A DNA stretch of 64,000 nt from the human T2T-CHM13v2.0 reference genome, Homo sapiens (GCF_009914755.1 NC_060947.1); one strand, 5' to 3'; counted from the first letter of the stretch, positions 1 through 16,755 are shown. Made by a program: numbers and translations. Notes: generated by a model from the sequence alone, not told the origin.

Positions 1-89
1 AGGAGCCAACAGCAGAGCAGGCTGCATGTTCTTCTGTCCCTCTTATAAGACAAAACCTTAGAGCAATGTCCCACTGCAGAATTTATTTG

Positions 90-2110
90 TTAATTCACTC
101 AATAAATTAAAATATGCATGATTCTAGGCACTGGGGATATATTGAGGAAGAGGCAAAAAAAAAAATCTCTGTCCTCATGGGACTCAGATTCTATAGGGGT
201 GGGGAGAGGGAGGGAGGGGAAGGGAGTGGGAGAGCACAAACAAAACCAAGCAGTAACACAGCTTGTGGCAGATGGTGACAAGTCCTATGCTAGGCAGGGG
301 GAACTGGTGGGGCAGAGGCAGGCTGCCTGACTTACAGACATGGGTGTGCTCGGGGAAGGCCACATTGGGAAGGTGACACTTGAGCAGACATGTGTGATAC
401 CTGGGACAGAGGGCAGAGGAGAGGTCAAGGCCTTGAGGCAGGGGCATACTTGGAGGGTCCAGGGAGGAGCCAGGAGGCCAGTGAGGCCGCAGTGCATGAG
501 TGGTGGGAGAGTGGCAAGAGAGGTGATCCTGTTGGGCTGTGACTCTGAGCAAGCAGGGACCCACTGGAGGGTTCTGAACAGAAGAGCACAATATTGCAGG
601 ACTAAACAAAGAACCAGGGGGCAAGGGCAGAGGCAGGGAAGCTGGACACCTGGACCAGGGTGGGGGCCGTGGAGGCAGGGGAACTCATGAGATTTTGTAT
701 CCATCTTGCAGGTGGAGTAACAGTATTTGTGAACAAATGAGGTAACCAGCGCCAGGTTTCTGGCCTGAGGAGCAGGAGTTGGAGTTGCTGTTTACTGGAA
801 AGGAGAAGACCAGGGAAAGAGAAGGTCTAGGGAGGATAAGGAGTTCCCGTGACCCAGTCAGCCTGGAGACATAAATTTGGGAGCCATGAGGCTGGACGGA
901 ATCACTTCGGGAGTGAGGGTGGAGAAGAAAAGCCTGAACCTGAGGCCTTCCAACATCACATGCGAAACAGAAAAGACCGAGGAGGACAGACATTCACACA
1001 CTCACCTAGGACTTCCTGAGGACCCACAGACACCAGGCACTGTTCTAGGAGCTTGAGCTACATCTGTGAATCAAGGAGACAATCCTGTCCTGTGGAGCTT
1101 CTGCTCCAGCAGGGGTGACAGCTAAGATAAGCACAGTCAGTCATGTATTCAGCTAGAAAGAGACAAAAGCTGTGGTTTGCACTGAGAAGGTGCACATCAG
1201 TGCAGAGACTCAAGGGAGGGAAAGGATTGTCTCGTATGGGTATTGGGGTTAACTGACGACGACAGCTCTGGGAAAAGAAGTGACAAGCAGCTCCCAGATT
1301 TAACAACATGAAGGTCATCACTGGAGACCTCATGGAGCAGCTTGGCAGAGCTGTGGCAGCAAAGGAACAACTGGAGAAGGTTGAAGAGGGTGTGGAGACA
1401 GGGACTGGAGTCTTGCTGGTAAAGGAAAACAGAGATGCTAGACAGGTGGGGGGTTGGGAGCAGCTTTTGTCAAGGTGGGAGAAGTAGCAACAAGTTTCTA
1501 GGGCAGGCGAGGGAGGAATCTCTGATGGGGGAGAGTGCAGTAGAGGACTGGAGAGATGCCTTAGAACAGGAGTGAGGGCCTGGGACAGGCGCTCCGTGAC
1601 AGCATGAGGGAGGCAGAGCGAAGGAGTAGACGCTGGCCTGTAGACACTCTCTTGAGCTTGCTTCTGTGCTCTCTGGGAACTAAGATATCAGCTGCAAGGA
1701 GGTGTGACAGCTGATGAGGAGGGTGGGAGGGGCTAGGAGAGACCGGGGAACTGCAGTATGCAGGTGGGCTTGGCGGCAAGAAGTTTACCTGGGGTAGACA
1801 TGAACTTAAAGGGGGAATCAATGAAGGAGTCACATTCAGCTTCAGGACGGAGCAGGCATGGGGCAGACATGACTGAATTTCATGAGGCTGGGGCTTTGTC
1901 GACTGAATATAACAAAGCAAGAAAGTGCCGAAGGGCTGAGGTAGTGTGCCAGGGAGTAACGACGTCTGACTGGCACTGAAGCTACAAAGGAGAGGAATAA
2001 GGATACGAAGGAGGTGAAGTCTGAGAAAAGATGGAGCCACTGATGGATTCTAAGTGCCTGTGAGGTCAAAGGAGTATTGGAGTTGGGTATTAGAGGCAGT
2101 GAAAAGGAAA
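90..2110 (-). mobile_element. Degenerate LINE-2 fragments
   Basis: Reverse L2 3'-end motifs (attctaggcactggggata; ccaggcactgttctagg) and purine-rich L2-like body. Confidence 0.6.
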
Positions 2111-2214
2111 AGGATCTCCTTTTGCAGATCACAAAAAAGATAAAATGACCAGAGCTAAACAACTTTTACAGCACTATCCACTGTAAAAGTTGTTTGAGAA
2201 AAAATAAAATGTAG

Positions 2215-2541
<327 letters not shown>

Positions 2542-2573
2542 CAGAGCATATGCATCTTTAAAAAGTTGTCTTC

Positions 2574-2879
<306 letters not shown>

Positions 2880-3329
2880 GTTGTCTTCAAGAGCATAATC
2901 AAAGATACTTTCACTTCTTAATGTTTTGTTTCCATGTCTCGTCACAGAACATGGTACAGACAAATATTAGAATAGACTCAAGGGATCACTTGATTTTAAC
3001 TACAGAAACTTTCCGGTGAATCATGAGCACTGTCTTGTTTCCAGCTGCTGAAGTATATGGGCACCAGACAAGAGCACAGCGCTGTCACTCAAAGCCAGGA
3101 GTAATATGGCTGTTACCATGAGGACTACTTAGCAGAAGATAAGCATCTCATTATGTCTACAGTGAACTAAACTATTGTTGCCAATGGTATATGGATTAGG
3201 ACCGACTGCCACTGCCCATCTGCTTATAGCTTAGAATCTGGTGAATGCAAACAACTGTTTTGGGGGGACTTCTGGCCCTTCCTTGGGCTCTGCTATCCTG
3301 GAAATGGACAGGCTTCTACAGGGGTTCGA

Positions 3330-3700
3330 TGGTAGCCCCGAATAGTTAGGTGTATGTCTTAACCCCCAGACCCTGTGGCTCTGACCTTATTTGGAAGGTC
3401 TTTGCTTCTGTAATTAAGTGAAGGATCTTGATATGAGATCATCCTGGATTTAGGGTGGGCCTAATACAGTGACAAGCATCCAGAGAAGAATACGGGGACA
3501 CAGAGAAGGCCATGTGAAGACACAAGCAGAGAATGGAGCAATGCAACTGCAAGCCAAGGAAAGTCTAGGACTGCCAGGCAGCCACCAAAAGCTGGAAGAG
3601 GCAAGGAAGGATCCATGCTAGAGGCTCTGGGGGGAATGGAGCCCTGCAACATCTTGATTTCAGACCCCTGGCTTCCTGCACTGTGCAAGAATACAGTTAG
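3330..3700 (+). mobile_element. MaLR LTR (MLT1-like)
   Basis: gaccttatttgga...gagatcatcctggatttagggtgggc...gctggaagaggcaaggaaggat MLT1 hallmarks. Confidence 0.75.
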
Positions 3701-3789
3701 GGGTACTTTATTCTGACTACTCCATAAACTTAAGCTCTAATTCTCGCTCAGCTTCTGAGCTTTAACAAAGGGTCCGTGCAACTTCTACC

Positions 3790-4135
3790 GTTCCCGTTCC
3801 CCGTCTTTACCAAAGAGGAAGCATTTACTCAAAGCCCACCTCCTGCAACAGCTCTAGATGCCGCTTCCCCCCTCCACACAAGGAGTCTGCTCCTCCAGGT
3901 CCCCATTTCCTCCTTCTCACGCTCCCCTCTCTCCTGGGCCATTCCCAGAAGGATGTAAACATGCTCTCATATTCACCCACGTGAAAAACACCCTCATCCC
4001 CCTCTACCCCACTCCTATTTTTCTGGTCACCATCACAACAAAACTTCTTAAAGAGAGTTGTCTATACCCAATCTCCACTCCCTCACCTTCCACTCACTCC
4101 AATCTGGCTTCTGTCCCCATCACCTCTAATTCAGT
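3790..4135 (+). mobile_element. LINE-2 fragment
   Basis: C/T-rich L2-like body (aaacttcttaaagagagttgtctatacc...ccactccaatctggcttctgtcccca). Confidence 0.5.
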
Positions 4136-4481
4136 TCACCATGTGACAGGTAGGGTTTTTGCTAGTTTTAGACATAATGGATCTTGTTATTCCTGGGCTT
4201 TAAAGCCTTCACCAGAGGATGGCCAACTGCCTACATGTAATTGCCACTTGACCCTTCAAACCTCAAAGAAACCGAAGTACAGACATATGAAAGGGAAGAA
4301 ATTTCTAACAGAGGCAATAGCAGGAGAGGACCTCTGAACGGATAAGATACACTCAGCAAATTTCTAGATGCTGGAAGTAGGCAAGAACATGTTGACTAAT
4401 GGAACAGAGAGGAATGTACTACAAGAGAGCTGTAGAGCAGATGAGAGCCTGTATACCTGTCAGAGCCCCAAAGAAGCTCTC

Positions 4482-4515
4482 AGACCAGACCAGACCAGAC
4501 CAGACCAGACCAGAC
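4482..4515 (+). repeat. (CAGAC)n pentanucleotide microsatellite
   Basis: About 7 tandem cagac units. Confidence 0.9.
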
Positions 4516-4539
4516 GAGAGGAGGGGCAAGCAGTGCTGT

Positions 4540-4665
4540 CATGTGTGCAACACCTGGGGGCTGCTGACTGCCAGATCCCGACCCACAAGCTTTGGGGCAG
4601 GGCACCTTCAATAAGCTCCCAGGTGAGGCTGATGCTGTTGGGGCTGGTGAGCAGAGCAAACTTGG
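4540..4665. mobile_element. MER5-like hAT-Charlie fossil
   Basis: cacctgggg...aataagctccccaggtga..ctgatgctg. Confidence 0.55.
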
Positions 4666-5133
4666 AGTGGCAAGGTGCCACTTCTTCCCTCAGGCAAGAA
4701 ATCAATGGGTCTTTTCTAAATCAACAGCTAGAACCTTCCCTTCCCCGGCCCCCACCCCACCCACCCCAAAGGCTCTTGATGTGGCTGGCAGCAGCCCAGG
4801 TGATGCCTACCTTTTCCCAGTCTCTGAGGGTCCATGGGGCAAGAGCTGACCCCTGCCTCGCCTCCACAGAACTTCTCCAAACCACCCTTCAGAGACAGAC
4901 CCCGCAGGCAACGGGCCACTCCACCACAGCAGAGAAGGGGCAGCGCAGCAGCTACCCAGGTCCTCCCCCCATCCCTGGCGGCTCAAGAACCAGCCCCATG
5001 GAAGAGAGACCAAGTCTGTCCTTAGAGGAAACAAATAATATTCTCAGAGAAATCTTAGAATACAGAATAGTCATAAAATCAGAACAGAAACACCCATAAA
5101 CAAGAAATAAACAGATGATAAAAGAAAAGTATC

Positions 5134-5462
5134 AGGCAGGGCATGGTGGCTCATCTCTGGTGACACCACACCAGGCGTGGTGGCCCAGCACTTTGGGGGG
5201 CAGAGGTGGGAGGATCACTTGAGCCCAGGAGTTCAAGACCAGCCTAGACAACACAGACACACACCAGCCCATGTCTACAAAAAATTTAAAAATTAGCCAG
5301 GCATAGTGGCACGTGCTTGTAGTCCTAGCTACGCAGGAGGCTGAGGCAGGAAGACCACTTGAGCCCAGGAGTTCGAGTCTGCAGTGAGCTATGTATGATG
5401 GCACCACTGCACTCCAGCCTAGGTGACACAGTGAGACTCTGTCTCAAAAAAAAAAAAAAAAG
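5134..5462 (+). mobile_element. AluJ
   Basis: ggaggatcacttgagcccaggagttc diagnostics, poly-A tail. Confidence 0.88.
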
Positions 5463-5609
5463 TATCCATTAAAATATTTTCACCCTTTAAAAATCAGGTT
5501 GTCTTTTTATTACCGAGTTATAGGAATTCTTCTGAATACAAATCCTTTGTCAGATATGACTTTCTATTTTTTCTATGACTGGTCTCAACTGTTTTCTTGG
5601 TGGACTTGT

Positions 5610-5913
5610 CTTTTCATTTTCTTTGAGACAGGGTCTCACTCAGTCACCCAGGCTGGGGTGCGGTGGCACGACCTCAGCTCACTGCAGCCTTGACCTCCTT
5701 GGGATCAAGCAATCCTCCTGCCTCTGCTTCCCGAGTAGCTGGGACTATGGACTACGGGTGCACGCCACCATGGTTGGCTAATTTTTTGTATCTTTTGTAG
5801 AGATGGGATTTCACTGTTGCCCAGGCTGGTCTTGAACTCCTGAGCTCAAGCAATCCATCTGCCTTGTACTCCCAAAGTGCTGGGATTACAAGCATGAGCC
5901 ACAGCTCTCAGCC
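5610..5913 (-). mobile_element. AluJ
   Basis: Reverse Alu dimer. Confidence 0.88.
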
Positions 5914-5915
5914 TA

Positions 5916-6071
5916 TTTTCTTTTGTTTTTTCTTTTTCTTTTTTTTTTTAAGAGACACTGTCTCACTATATTGCCTATGTTGGCCTAGAACTCCTGGGCT
6001 CAAGTGATCCTCCTGCCTCAGCCTCTCAAGTACCCAGTAGTGACTACAGGCAAGCCTCACCACGCCCAGCT
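5916..6071 (-). mobile_element. FLAM/Alu monomer
   Basis: Single reverse Alu arm with T-rich tail. Confidence 0.75.
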
Positions 6072-6160
6072 CTGTCTTTTCATTTTCTTAATGGTATCTT
6101 TTGAGGACCAAAAGTTTTAAATTTTAATGAAGTCCAATTTATTTTTTCTTTTAATAGCTA

Positions 6161-6571
<411 letters not shown>

Positions 6572-6606
6572 TCATGAATTAATTTTTATGTATGGTGTGA
6601 AGTAGT

Positions 6607-7345
6607 GTCATGGGTTGGACTATGTCCCCCAAAAAAGATATGTTGAAGTCCTAACCCTCAGTACCTCACACTGAGACCTTAGTTGGAAACAGCGTTGTTG
6701 CAGGTGTAATTAGTTAAGGTGAGGTCACACTGGAGTAGGGCAGGCCCCAATCCAATATTACTGTTGTTCTTACAAGAAGGAGGCCATGTAAAGACAGAGA
6801 CATACATGGAGAATGCTGTGTGATGAGGAAGACAGATATTGAAGTAATGCAGCTGCAAATCAAAGAATGCCAAAGGTTGCCAACCACTGGAAGCTAGGAA
6901 GAGGCAAGGAAGGACTCCCCTACAGGTTTCACAGAGACCATGGCCCTGATGACAGTTGATTTTGGACTTCTAGACTCTGGAATTATGAGACAGCAAATTT
7001 CTGTGGTTTTGTTTTGAGACGGAGTCTCACTCTGTCACCCAGGCTGGAGTGCAGTGGTGCAATCTTGGCTCAGTGCAACCTCCCAGGTTCATGCAATTCT
7101 CCTGCCTCAGCCTCCTGGCTAGCTGGGATTATATGTGTGCACCACTACACCTGACTAAGTTTTTTGTATTTTTAGTAGAGACAAAGTTTCACCACGTTGG
7201 CCAGGCTAGTCTTGCACTCCTGACCTCAGGTGATCTGCCCGACTCGGCCTCCCAAAGGCCGGGATTACAGGCGTCAGCCACCGCACCCAGCCAAATTTCT
7301 GTGGTTTTAAGCCACCTAGTTTGTGGCAACTCTAAGAAACTAATA
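6607..7345 (+). mobile_element. MaLR LTR (MLT1B/C-like) split by an Alu
   Basis: tatgtcccccaaaaaagatatgttgaagtcctaacc...aaatttctgtggttttaagccacctagtttgtgg. Confidence 0.8.
7007..7292 (-). mobile_element. AluS inserted in MLT1
   Basis: TSD aaatttctgtggtttt. Confidence 0.9.
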
Positions 7346-7557
7346 TTTAGGGTAAGGTCAAGGTTCATTTTTGTCTGGTATGGATGTCATTTGCCATCAT
7401 CCGGCACGTGCTAAAAGACTTTCCTTTCCCGCACCGGACTGTTCTGGTGCCTCTGTTAAAAATCAAATGACTATAAAGTCACATCACATAAGCCCCTTAA
7501 TTTTGTTCTCTTTCAAGTTTACTTTGGATGTTCTAGGTCCTTTGCATTTCCATATAC

Positions 7558-7857
7558 GTTTTATTTATTTATTTATTTGAGGCAAAGTCTCACTCTGTTG
7601 CCCAGGCGGGCGTGCAGTGGCATGATCTTGGCTCACTGCAACCTCCACCTCCGGGTTCAAGTGATTCTCATGCCTCAGCCTCCCAAGTAGCTGGGATTAC
7701 AGGTGTGTGCCACCATGTCTGGCTAATTTTTGTATTTTTTGTAGAGACGGGGTTTCGTCATGTTAGCCAGGCTGGTCTCAAATTCCTGACCTCAAGTCAT
7801 CTGTCTGCCTCAGCCTCCCAAAGTGCTGGTTTACAGGCATAAGCCACCGTGCCCAGC
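7558..7857 (-). mobile_element. AluS
   Basis: Reverse Alu dimer. Confidence 0.9.
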
Positions 7858-8524
7858 TTCCATATACATTTTACAATCAATTTCTACAAAAAAAACCCTG
7901 CAGTTATGACTGGGGTTATGAATCTACAGTTCAATGAAGGGAGAACTGACACTGTAAAGACACTTAGTCTTTCAGCTGATGAACATGGTACAACATTCCA
8001 TTTATTTAGGTCTTTAATTTCTTTCAGCAACATTTTCAGTTTCAGCGTGTAAATCTTGTACATTTCTTATTAAATTATTCCTAACGATATTGCATTTGAA
8101 ATTTCATTTCTGATTAGTTTTTGAATGATCTCGTACCCTGAGACCTTGCTGAATTCACTTTTTAGTTCTAGCAGGTTCTGATAGTTTCTTTCACATTTTC
8201 GACATTACCTACAAATAGAAACAGTTTTACTTCCTTTAAATATTAATGCCTCTTATGTTTTTTCTTGCCTCATTATACTGGCTATGACCTCTAGTATAAT
8301 GTTGAATAGAAGTGGTTAGAGTGGACATCTTTGCCTTTTTCCTGATTTTCGGGGTAACATGTTCAATATTTCACAATTAAGTACAATCTATCTGTAGCTC
8401 TTTCATACATGCACTTCCTCTATTTCTAATCTGCTGAATTTTTATCATGAAAGGGCACTGAATTTTGTCAGATGCGTTTTCTGTATTTATTGAATAGACT
8501 ATATGGTTTTTCTCCTTTATTATC

Positions 8525-8828
8525 TTTTTTTTTTTTTTTTTTTTTTTTTGATACTGGGTCTCACTGTTGCCCAGGCTAGAATGCATTGGCGTGATCTCAG
8601 CTTACTGCAACCTCCGCCTCTTGGTTTCAAGGATTCACCTGCCTCAGCCTCCCGAATAGCTGGGACTAAAGGTGCGTGCCACCCTGCCCGGCTAATTTTT
8701 CTATTTTTAGTAGAGACAGGATTTCACTATGTTGGCCAGGCTGCTCTCAAACTCCTGGCCTCAAGTGATCTGTCCACCTCGGCTTCTGAAAGTGCTGGGA
8801 TTACAGGTGTGAGCCACCGCACCCGGCC
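8525..8828 (-). mobile_element. AluS
   Basis: Reverse Alu; TSD tcctttattatctt. Confidence 0.9.
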
Positions 8829-9210
8829 TCCTTTATTATCTTAATGTGGTGAATTACACCAACTGATTTTTGAATGTTGAAGCACACTCGTGTTTCTGCG
8901 AAAAGCCTCTTGGTTGTAATATGCAGGCGCACCTCATTTGATTGTGCTTTGCTTTACTGTACTTCGCAGATACTGAGTTTTTAACAAATTGAAGGTGTGT
9001 GGCAACCCTGCATCAAGCAAGTTTACCAGTGCCATTTTTCCAATAGCATGTGCTTACTTCATGTCTCTGTCACATTTTGGTAATTTTCACAATGTTTCAA
9101 ATTTCTCATTATTATATTTGTTATGGTGATCTGTGATCAATGCTCTCTGATGTTACTACTATCATCATTTTGCGGCACCACAAACTGCACCCATAAAAGA
9201 TGGCAAACTT

Positions 9211-9993
<783 letters not shown>

Positions 9994-10332
9994 TCAAGTA
10001 AAAGGAAGAGTCATATGTCTTTCTCTTTAAACCAAAAACCAAATGATCAGGCTTAGTGAGAGGCATGTTGAAAGCCGAGAAGCCAAAAGCTAGGCCTCTT
10101 GTACCAAAGTTAGCCAAGTTGTGAATCAAAGTTCTTGAAGGAAACTAAAAGTGCTACTCCAGTGAACACACAAATGATATGAAAGTGAAATAGCCTTATT
10201 ACTAATAAACGTTAAGGAAGTTTTAATGGTCTGGATAAAAGATCAAATCAAACACAACATTTCCTTAAGGCAAAGCCTAATCTAGTGCAAGGCCCTAACT
10301 CTCTTCAATTCTATGAAGGCTGAGAGAGGTGA

Positions 10333-10581
<249 letters not shown>

Positions 10582-10679
10582 TAATTTTATGTCTATTACA
10601 AGATAAAGCAAATAAGTAACTATGTTAACATTAGTAAGACCCAACATTTTCAGTGTAAGGAAAAGATATATACAGATCA

Positions 10680-11003
<324 letters not shown>

Positions 11004-11076
11004 GTTAAGGAAGAACCCTGTAATGTTAAATTGCCATAGAAGACATCATTATGTATTTATGACTTAAAAAAAAAAT

Positions 11077-11289
11077 GGAGGGCACAGTGGCTCACATCTG
11101 TAATCCCAGCACTTTGGTTTTTTTATTTTTCTTTTGTGAAAATATTTACCAGCAGTTTGCCCTGACAGATGTAATCCCAGCACTTTGGGAGGCTGAGGTG
11201 GGAGGATCGCTTGAGCTCAGTTCGAAACCAGCTTGGGCAACATAGTGAGACCTTGTCTCTACAAAAAAATTAAAAATAAAAAATAAAAA
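11077..11289 (+). mobile_element. FLAM-like monomer with 52-nt internal insertion
   Basis: Left-arm monomer; tgtaatcccagcactttgg duplicated around an insert. Confidence 0.8.
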
Positions 11290-12238
11290 CTGAATATATT
11301 TTCTAGCGATGTCCTCTGAAAGTGCCTAGATATAATGTTACCCCAGTAAGAATCAGCACATTTAGTACCCACATGTTGGATTCTAAATACCGTTGCCACT
11401 ATAAGGAACCAGAGCTCCTTGGAATCAGTTCTAGGACACGAAAAGCACATATTGGGATGGAATATCTTGTGCCAGAAAACAAGAAATTGCTCAAAGACTA
11501 ATTAATGAGGGTATGCCAGGAGAATATAGGAACCAACATGAAGGGACTCTTGTTGACCCAATTTGAATTGTAAAACATTTAATAAATAAATCCCTATGAG
11601 TCCATATTGACATGAAAGAGAAAAGGAAACACAACAGCAAATATTTTGCCACCATTTGAGGTGATTATTCTACCAACTCCTTACTCTGAAATGTAATAAA
11701 GGCAAAGATTAAGCATCTATACTGTCTTTTTAGGAGGAAATATAATGCCTCCTTATTTGATGAGGGAAAATTCATTACAGAGGAATGACAGTACTAAATG
11801 TAGAAGAGGTGACAATTAAAAAAACTATCATTTTGCAACCCCCAATGTAATAATGGTTTCAGGCAAGGATCAATGAATGCTAAAATAATTATGCAAATGG
11901 CTGTTGGGCAATAGGATATTTGTATGGTGCCAAAGCATCACATCACAGATTATATATCAATTACCACAGGAAAACTGTATGTCTACAATGGGGAGATTTG
12001 GCAGTCACCTCCTTCTTTAATCAAGTGTTAAAACGTAGCATCACAAACCACAGGGTAACCAACCATTAAGTGCCTGGTGAGCTGATGCTATATGAAGTAC
12101 ACAGTACTGCCTATGAAATATTCTTGCCCAAAATGTTTAACCTGAACATGCCTGTAGACCTAACTTCTTGTCTACAAGTAATATATATGGACAAACAAGT
12201 TAAATTATATCACAAGAAAAGAGAGACATCTAAAATGT

Positions 12239-12366
12239 GGGCCAGCTAGTCGTGGTGGCACAAGCCTGTAGTCCCAGCTACCTGGGAGGCTGAGGCAGGA
12301 GGATTACTTGAGGCCAGGAGTTCAAGGCCAGCCTAGGCAACATAGTGACACGCCATCTCTAAAAAT
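12239..12366 (+). mobile_element. FLAM monomer
   Basis: Monomer; TSD taaaatgtgggcc. Confidence 0.75.
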
Positions 12367-12467
12367 ATGTATCTTAAAATGTGGGCCCTTCTAGATGACA
12401 ATTGGGCTGACTGCTTCAAAAAGTCAGTATCACAAGTGAAGGAGAGGTGGGTAGGCTGTTCTTGTTA

Positions 12468-12830
<363 letters not shown>

Positions 12831-13225
12831 TTAATTGCTTTGGAGCCCCTCAACAGCGATAAGAGACATTTGGAGGAAATCTGAATTTAAAGTGGGTGCC
12901 TGATAACATTAGAGAATTATTGTTAACTTTTAAAGATGTGATCGGGGTATTGTGCTTATATTGGAAAATGTCCTTATTTTTAGGAGATGTATACTGAAGT
13001 ACTTAGGGGTGAAATGTCGTGACATCTGTGAGTTCCTTTTAAATGGTGAGCAAAAAGGTATAAAAATGCACCCTATCTATACAGACCAGGAAAATACGCC
13101 AAAATGTTAACAATTGTCTAATCTAGGCAGTAGGCACACAGGCTTCACAGTAAGTTAAAAAAAAAAAAAAAAAGGTTTGGCTGAAATAAAGAATTTAACA
13201 GAAGGGATAGAAAATAAAGTCAGGA

Positions 13226-13616
<391 letters not shown>

Positions 13617-14014
13617 TTAAACAGTAGTCCCCATAGAGAAAATGAAAGCATGTAAATTAGTAATTTTTTTTTAAAAAAAAGAGTTGACAAAAGTATTCAG
13701 ATTGAATGACCACAGTACAACGAGTGAACAAGACACAACTCTAGACATATTCTCATGAGATTTCAGGACACTAAAAATAAGGAGACGAAATCCTAAAAAC
13801 TTCCAGGGAAGGAAGAGAAAAGAAGGGCACCTACAAAAGAACCATAATAAGATTGGCATCAGGCATTTGTTGCATTTGTTACTCTGCATACTAGAAGAGA
13901 TGCCTCCAAAGTTAGGAGAAAAAATGATTTTCAACTTGGAACCCTATACTCAGCCAATCAAGTGTAAGAGTAGAAGAAAGGTATTTCAGGCATGCAGTGA
14001 CTCAGAAGACCTAT

Positions 14015-14530
14015 CTGTTACAATGCTTTTGGTTACAAGTAACAGAAAAGAAAACTGAAGCTGGCTCATTCAGTAAGAAAGTCCATCCTATCTGAGTCCC
14101 TAGCTCAGGTAGGACAGGCCCCAGCCACAGTGCAATCACCAGCTAAGCAACGGCATCAAGACCCAGGTTCTTCCCGTTTCTCTGCTCCGCCTTCCTTGGT
14201 GAGCAGGCTTTATCCTCAGGCTTTGTCCCTCAGTCTGAGGTTACAGAAGAGCCCCCAGCAACACCTTTCTCACTTACTCCAGTGAGAGAAAAAGAGAAAG
14301 TCTTCCCTGAACGTGCCATGGAAGTCCTTCCCTTCAGTCTGAGTGAACCAACTTAGATCGTATGTCCATCCTTGACCAGTAACAGTTGCCAAAGGAATGC
14401 AATGTGTGGAATGACTTAAGGATCCTTTCTGAAGTTGGGAATAAGGTAGAAAGGTGAATAATATCAGGATTCTGTTAGGAATGGGCAAAGAAGAAATGGA
14501 TATGGGGTAGGTGACAACGGTATCCACTAC
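14015..14530 (-). mobile_element. MaLR LTR (MLT1J/K-like)
   Basis: atgcttttggttacaagtaacagaaa terminus; agacccaggttcttcc... Confidence 0.55.
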
Positions 14531-15319
14531 AGTTTACTCCCCATGCACTCTATCTGAGCACATTATTTAAGGATGCAGTCCAGAAAACGAGGGAGTAAAC
14601 CATGTGAAAGGAAGATATGGGTTTTAAGACACGGGCTCCAACCCAAGAGCCCAGTGAGGAGAAGGTCCAGGTACAGCTGTATATGCAACCTTAAATCAAA
14701 GAGCAGATACTTGCCCAGATTGCAGAAGGGCAGAGGCCTTCCAAGAGAAAGGTCTTCAGTGGGGAAAAAGCCGAATCGTACGAAATAAACAGCACTGCTA
14801 ATAGCATTTTACAACATAATCAAGGAGGAATAGTAAACAAAATAAAAAGGCAACTAGAAATGGTGGGCAAAACAAAGAGCTATATAAGCAAGCCAAGGTT
14901 TGAATATGAAGTAGATTAAATCCTAGCAAGGATTTTAAGCAGGTGACAGAGTCTAAGAAAAGGGAATCCATTTGACCTTGATTGGTCATTCTCCTTTGAG
15001 TGGTCCAGATCTGTAAAGAAGGAAATGTAATCCTGGGCACATTCATTATTTGGTCTCGCCAAGAACAATACTCACATGTGTAATAATGTAAATAATGTTA
15101 TTTTCGACTTTAGAATTAAGCTACAACTTGGCTGTGGTTGCAGGGCAGAACACACATGTTAACAAATGCAAGAATGGGTATGGTCAAGTACAGCTTTTAA
15201 GACGCAGAAGTTAAGGAGGGAAAGTGGAAGGAAAAGTAGGGTTATTAATATCCTTATCTTAAACAGAGGGGAACTGACATATGGACTAAAATACTGTTTA
15301 AAATTTACAGAGAAATGTG

Positions 15320-15611
15320 GGCTTGGCATGGTAGCTCACACCTGTAATCCCAGCACTTTGGGAGGCCAAGGCAGGCAGATCACCTGAGGTCAGGAGTTTA
15401 AGACCAGCCTGGCCAACATGGTGAAACCCCGCCTCTACTAAAAATACAAAAATTAGCCCAGTGCACTGGTGTGCGCCTGTAGTCCCAGCTACTCAGGAGG
15501 CTGAGGCACGAGAATTGCTTGAACCCGGGAGGCAGAGGTTTCAGTGAGCCGAGATCACATCACTGCACTCCAGCCTGGGCGACAGAGTGAGACTCCATCT
15601 CAAAAAAAAAA
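15320..15611 (+). mobile_element. AluS
   Basis: TSD aaattacagagaaatgtg. Confidence 0.92.
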
Positions 15612-15929
15612 TTACAGAGAAATGTGAATATGAATTTCAACATGGGGAGGTAACGTAAGCTAAGTCATTCTCTTTCATTTCAGGGAGTTAACACAGTTCC
15701 CTAAAGTTGGCAAATCAAGAAAGATGTATAAGCATATGATTTAATTTTGGAGGTAACCATCAAAGGAACTAAAATCAGAAACAGTTAAAAGCTGTCATGT
15801 CTGAGTCAGGGAAGGGAAGGGGAAGGGGTAGACTGCTGTTTTTACGATGACCTCTTTTGTTATATCTAACTTGTTGCCGAGTAGTTGCAATATTTTGATA
15901 AAAATTCAAAACCCAAACCACCTTACCCT

Positions 15930-16755
15930 TCATGTTTTCTATCGCTCTGATGTTAACATTCAAAATCCTGCATGATCCAGCCCCTGTTGACCTCTCTGAT
16001 GGCCCGGACCCTTTGCCACTCTCCCCTAACCCCTCGTTCAGCTCCTGCCACACAGGACTAAGCTCTTGCCAGACTGAGGGCCTTCACACATGCTCTTCTC
16101 CATCTGGAAAGCCTTTTTCCTCTCTGCACCTTGCCCACTTCTGTTCAACCCTCGGTTCCCTGCATCGGCGTTGCCTCCTTGGGGAAGGCAGGCTGAGCTG
16201 TTCCCCCATTGTACAGTCATGAGTCGCTCAACAACAGGGATATGTTCTGAGAAATGTGTCATTGGGCGATTTATTTGTGCTAACATCAGAGAGTGTTCTT
16301 ACACAAATCTAGATGGTGTAGCATACTACACACCTAGGCTATACGGTATATAGCCTATTGCTCCTGGGCTATAAAACTGTACAGCATGGTACTATACTGA
16401 ATACTGTAGATCACTGGAACACAATGGTAAGTATTTGTATATCTAAACATAGAAAAGGTACAGTAAAAATATGGCATTCTAATCTTATGGGAACACCACT
16501 GTATGTGTGCTCTGTTGTCGGTTGAAACGTTGTTGTGCAGCACGTGACTGTAGAGGACTGGAGTGGCTCCCACCTCCATACTTGTCCTTCTGAACACTTA
16601 AGTACTGGTACAATTATCTAAGATCTGTCTCTGCCGCTAAAGTCAAGCTCCATGAGGACAGGTACCAAATCTGTCTAGGTTACCCCATCCCTGCCTAACA
16701 CAGGGCCTGAGGTACTATAGATACCTTACTTACTCAATTGTGGAATGAATTGATG
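15930..16755 (+). mobile_element. LINE-2 3' fragment split by Tigger3a
   Basis: aagctccatgaggacagg...cctaacacagggcctg...ggaatgaat. Confidence 0.55.
16214..16550 (+). mobile_element. Tigger3a-like non-autonomous DNA transposon
   Basis: TIRs cagtcatg...cacgtgactg with TA target duplications; ~337 bp. Confidence 0.85.

Noticed and set aside
4368-5099. 243-aa + strand ORF
   Set aside because: Runs through a (CAGAC)n repeat and a MER5-like fossil, antisense in the intron, with no recognisable domain
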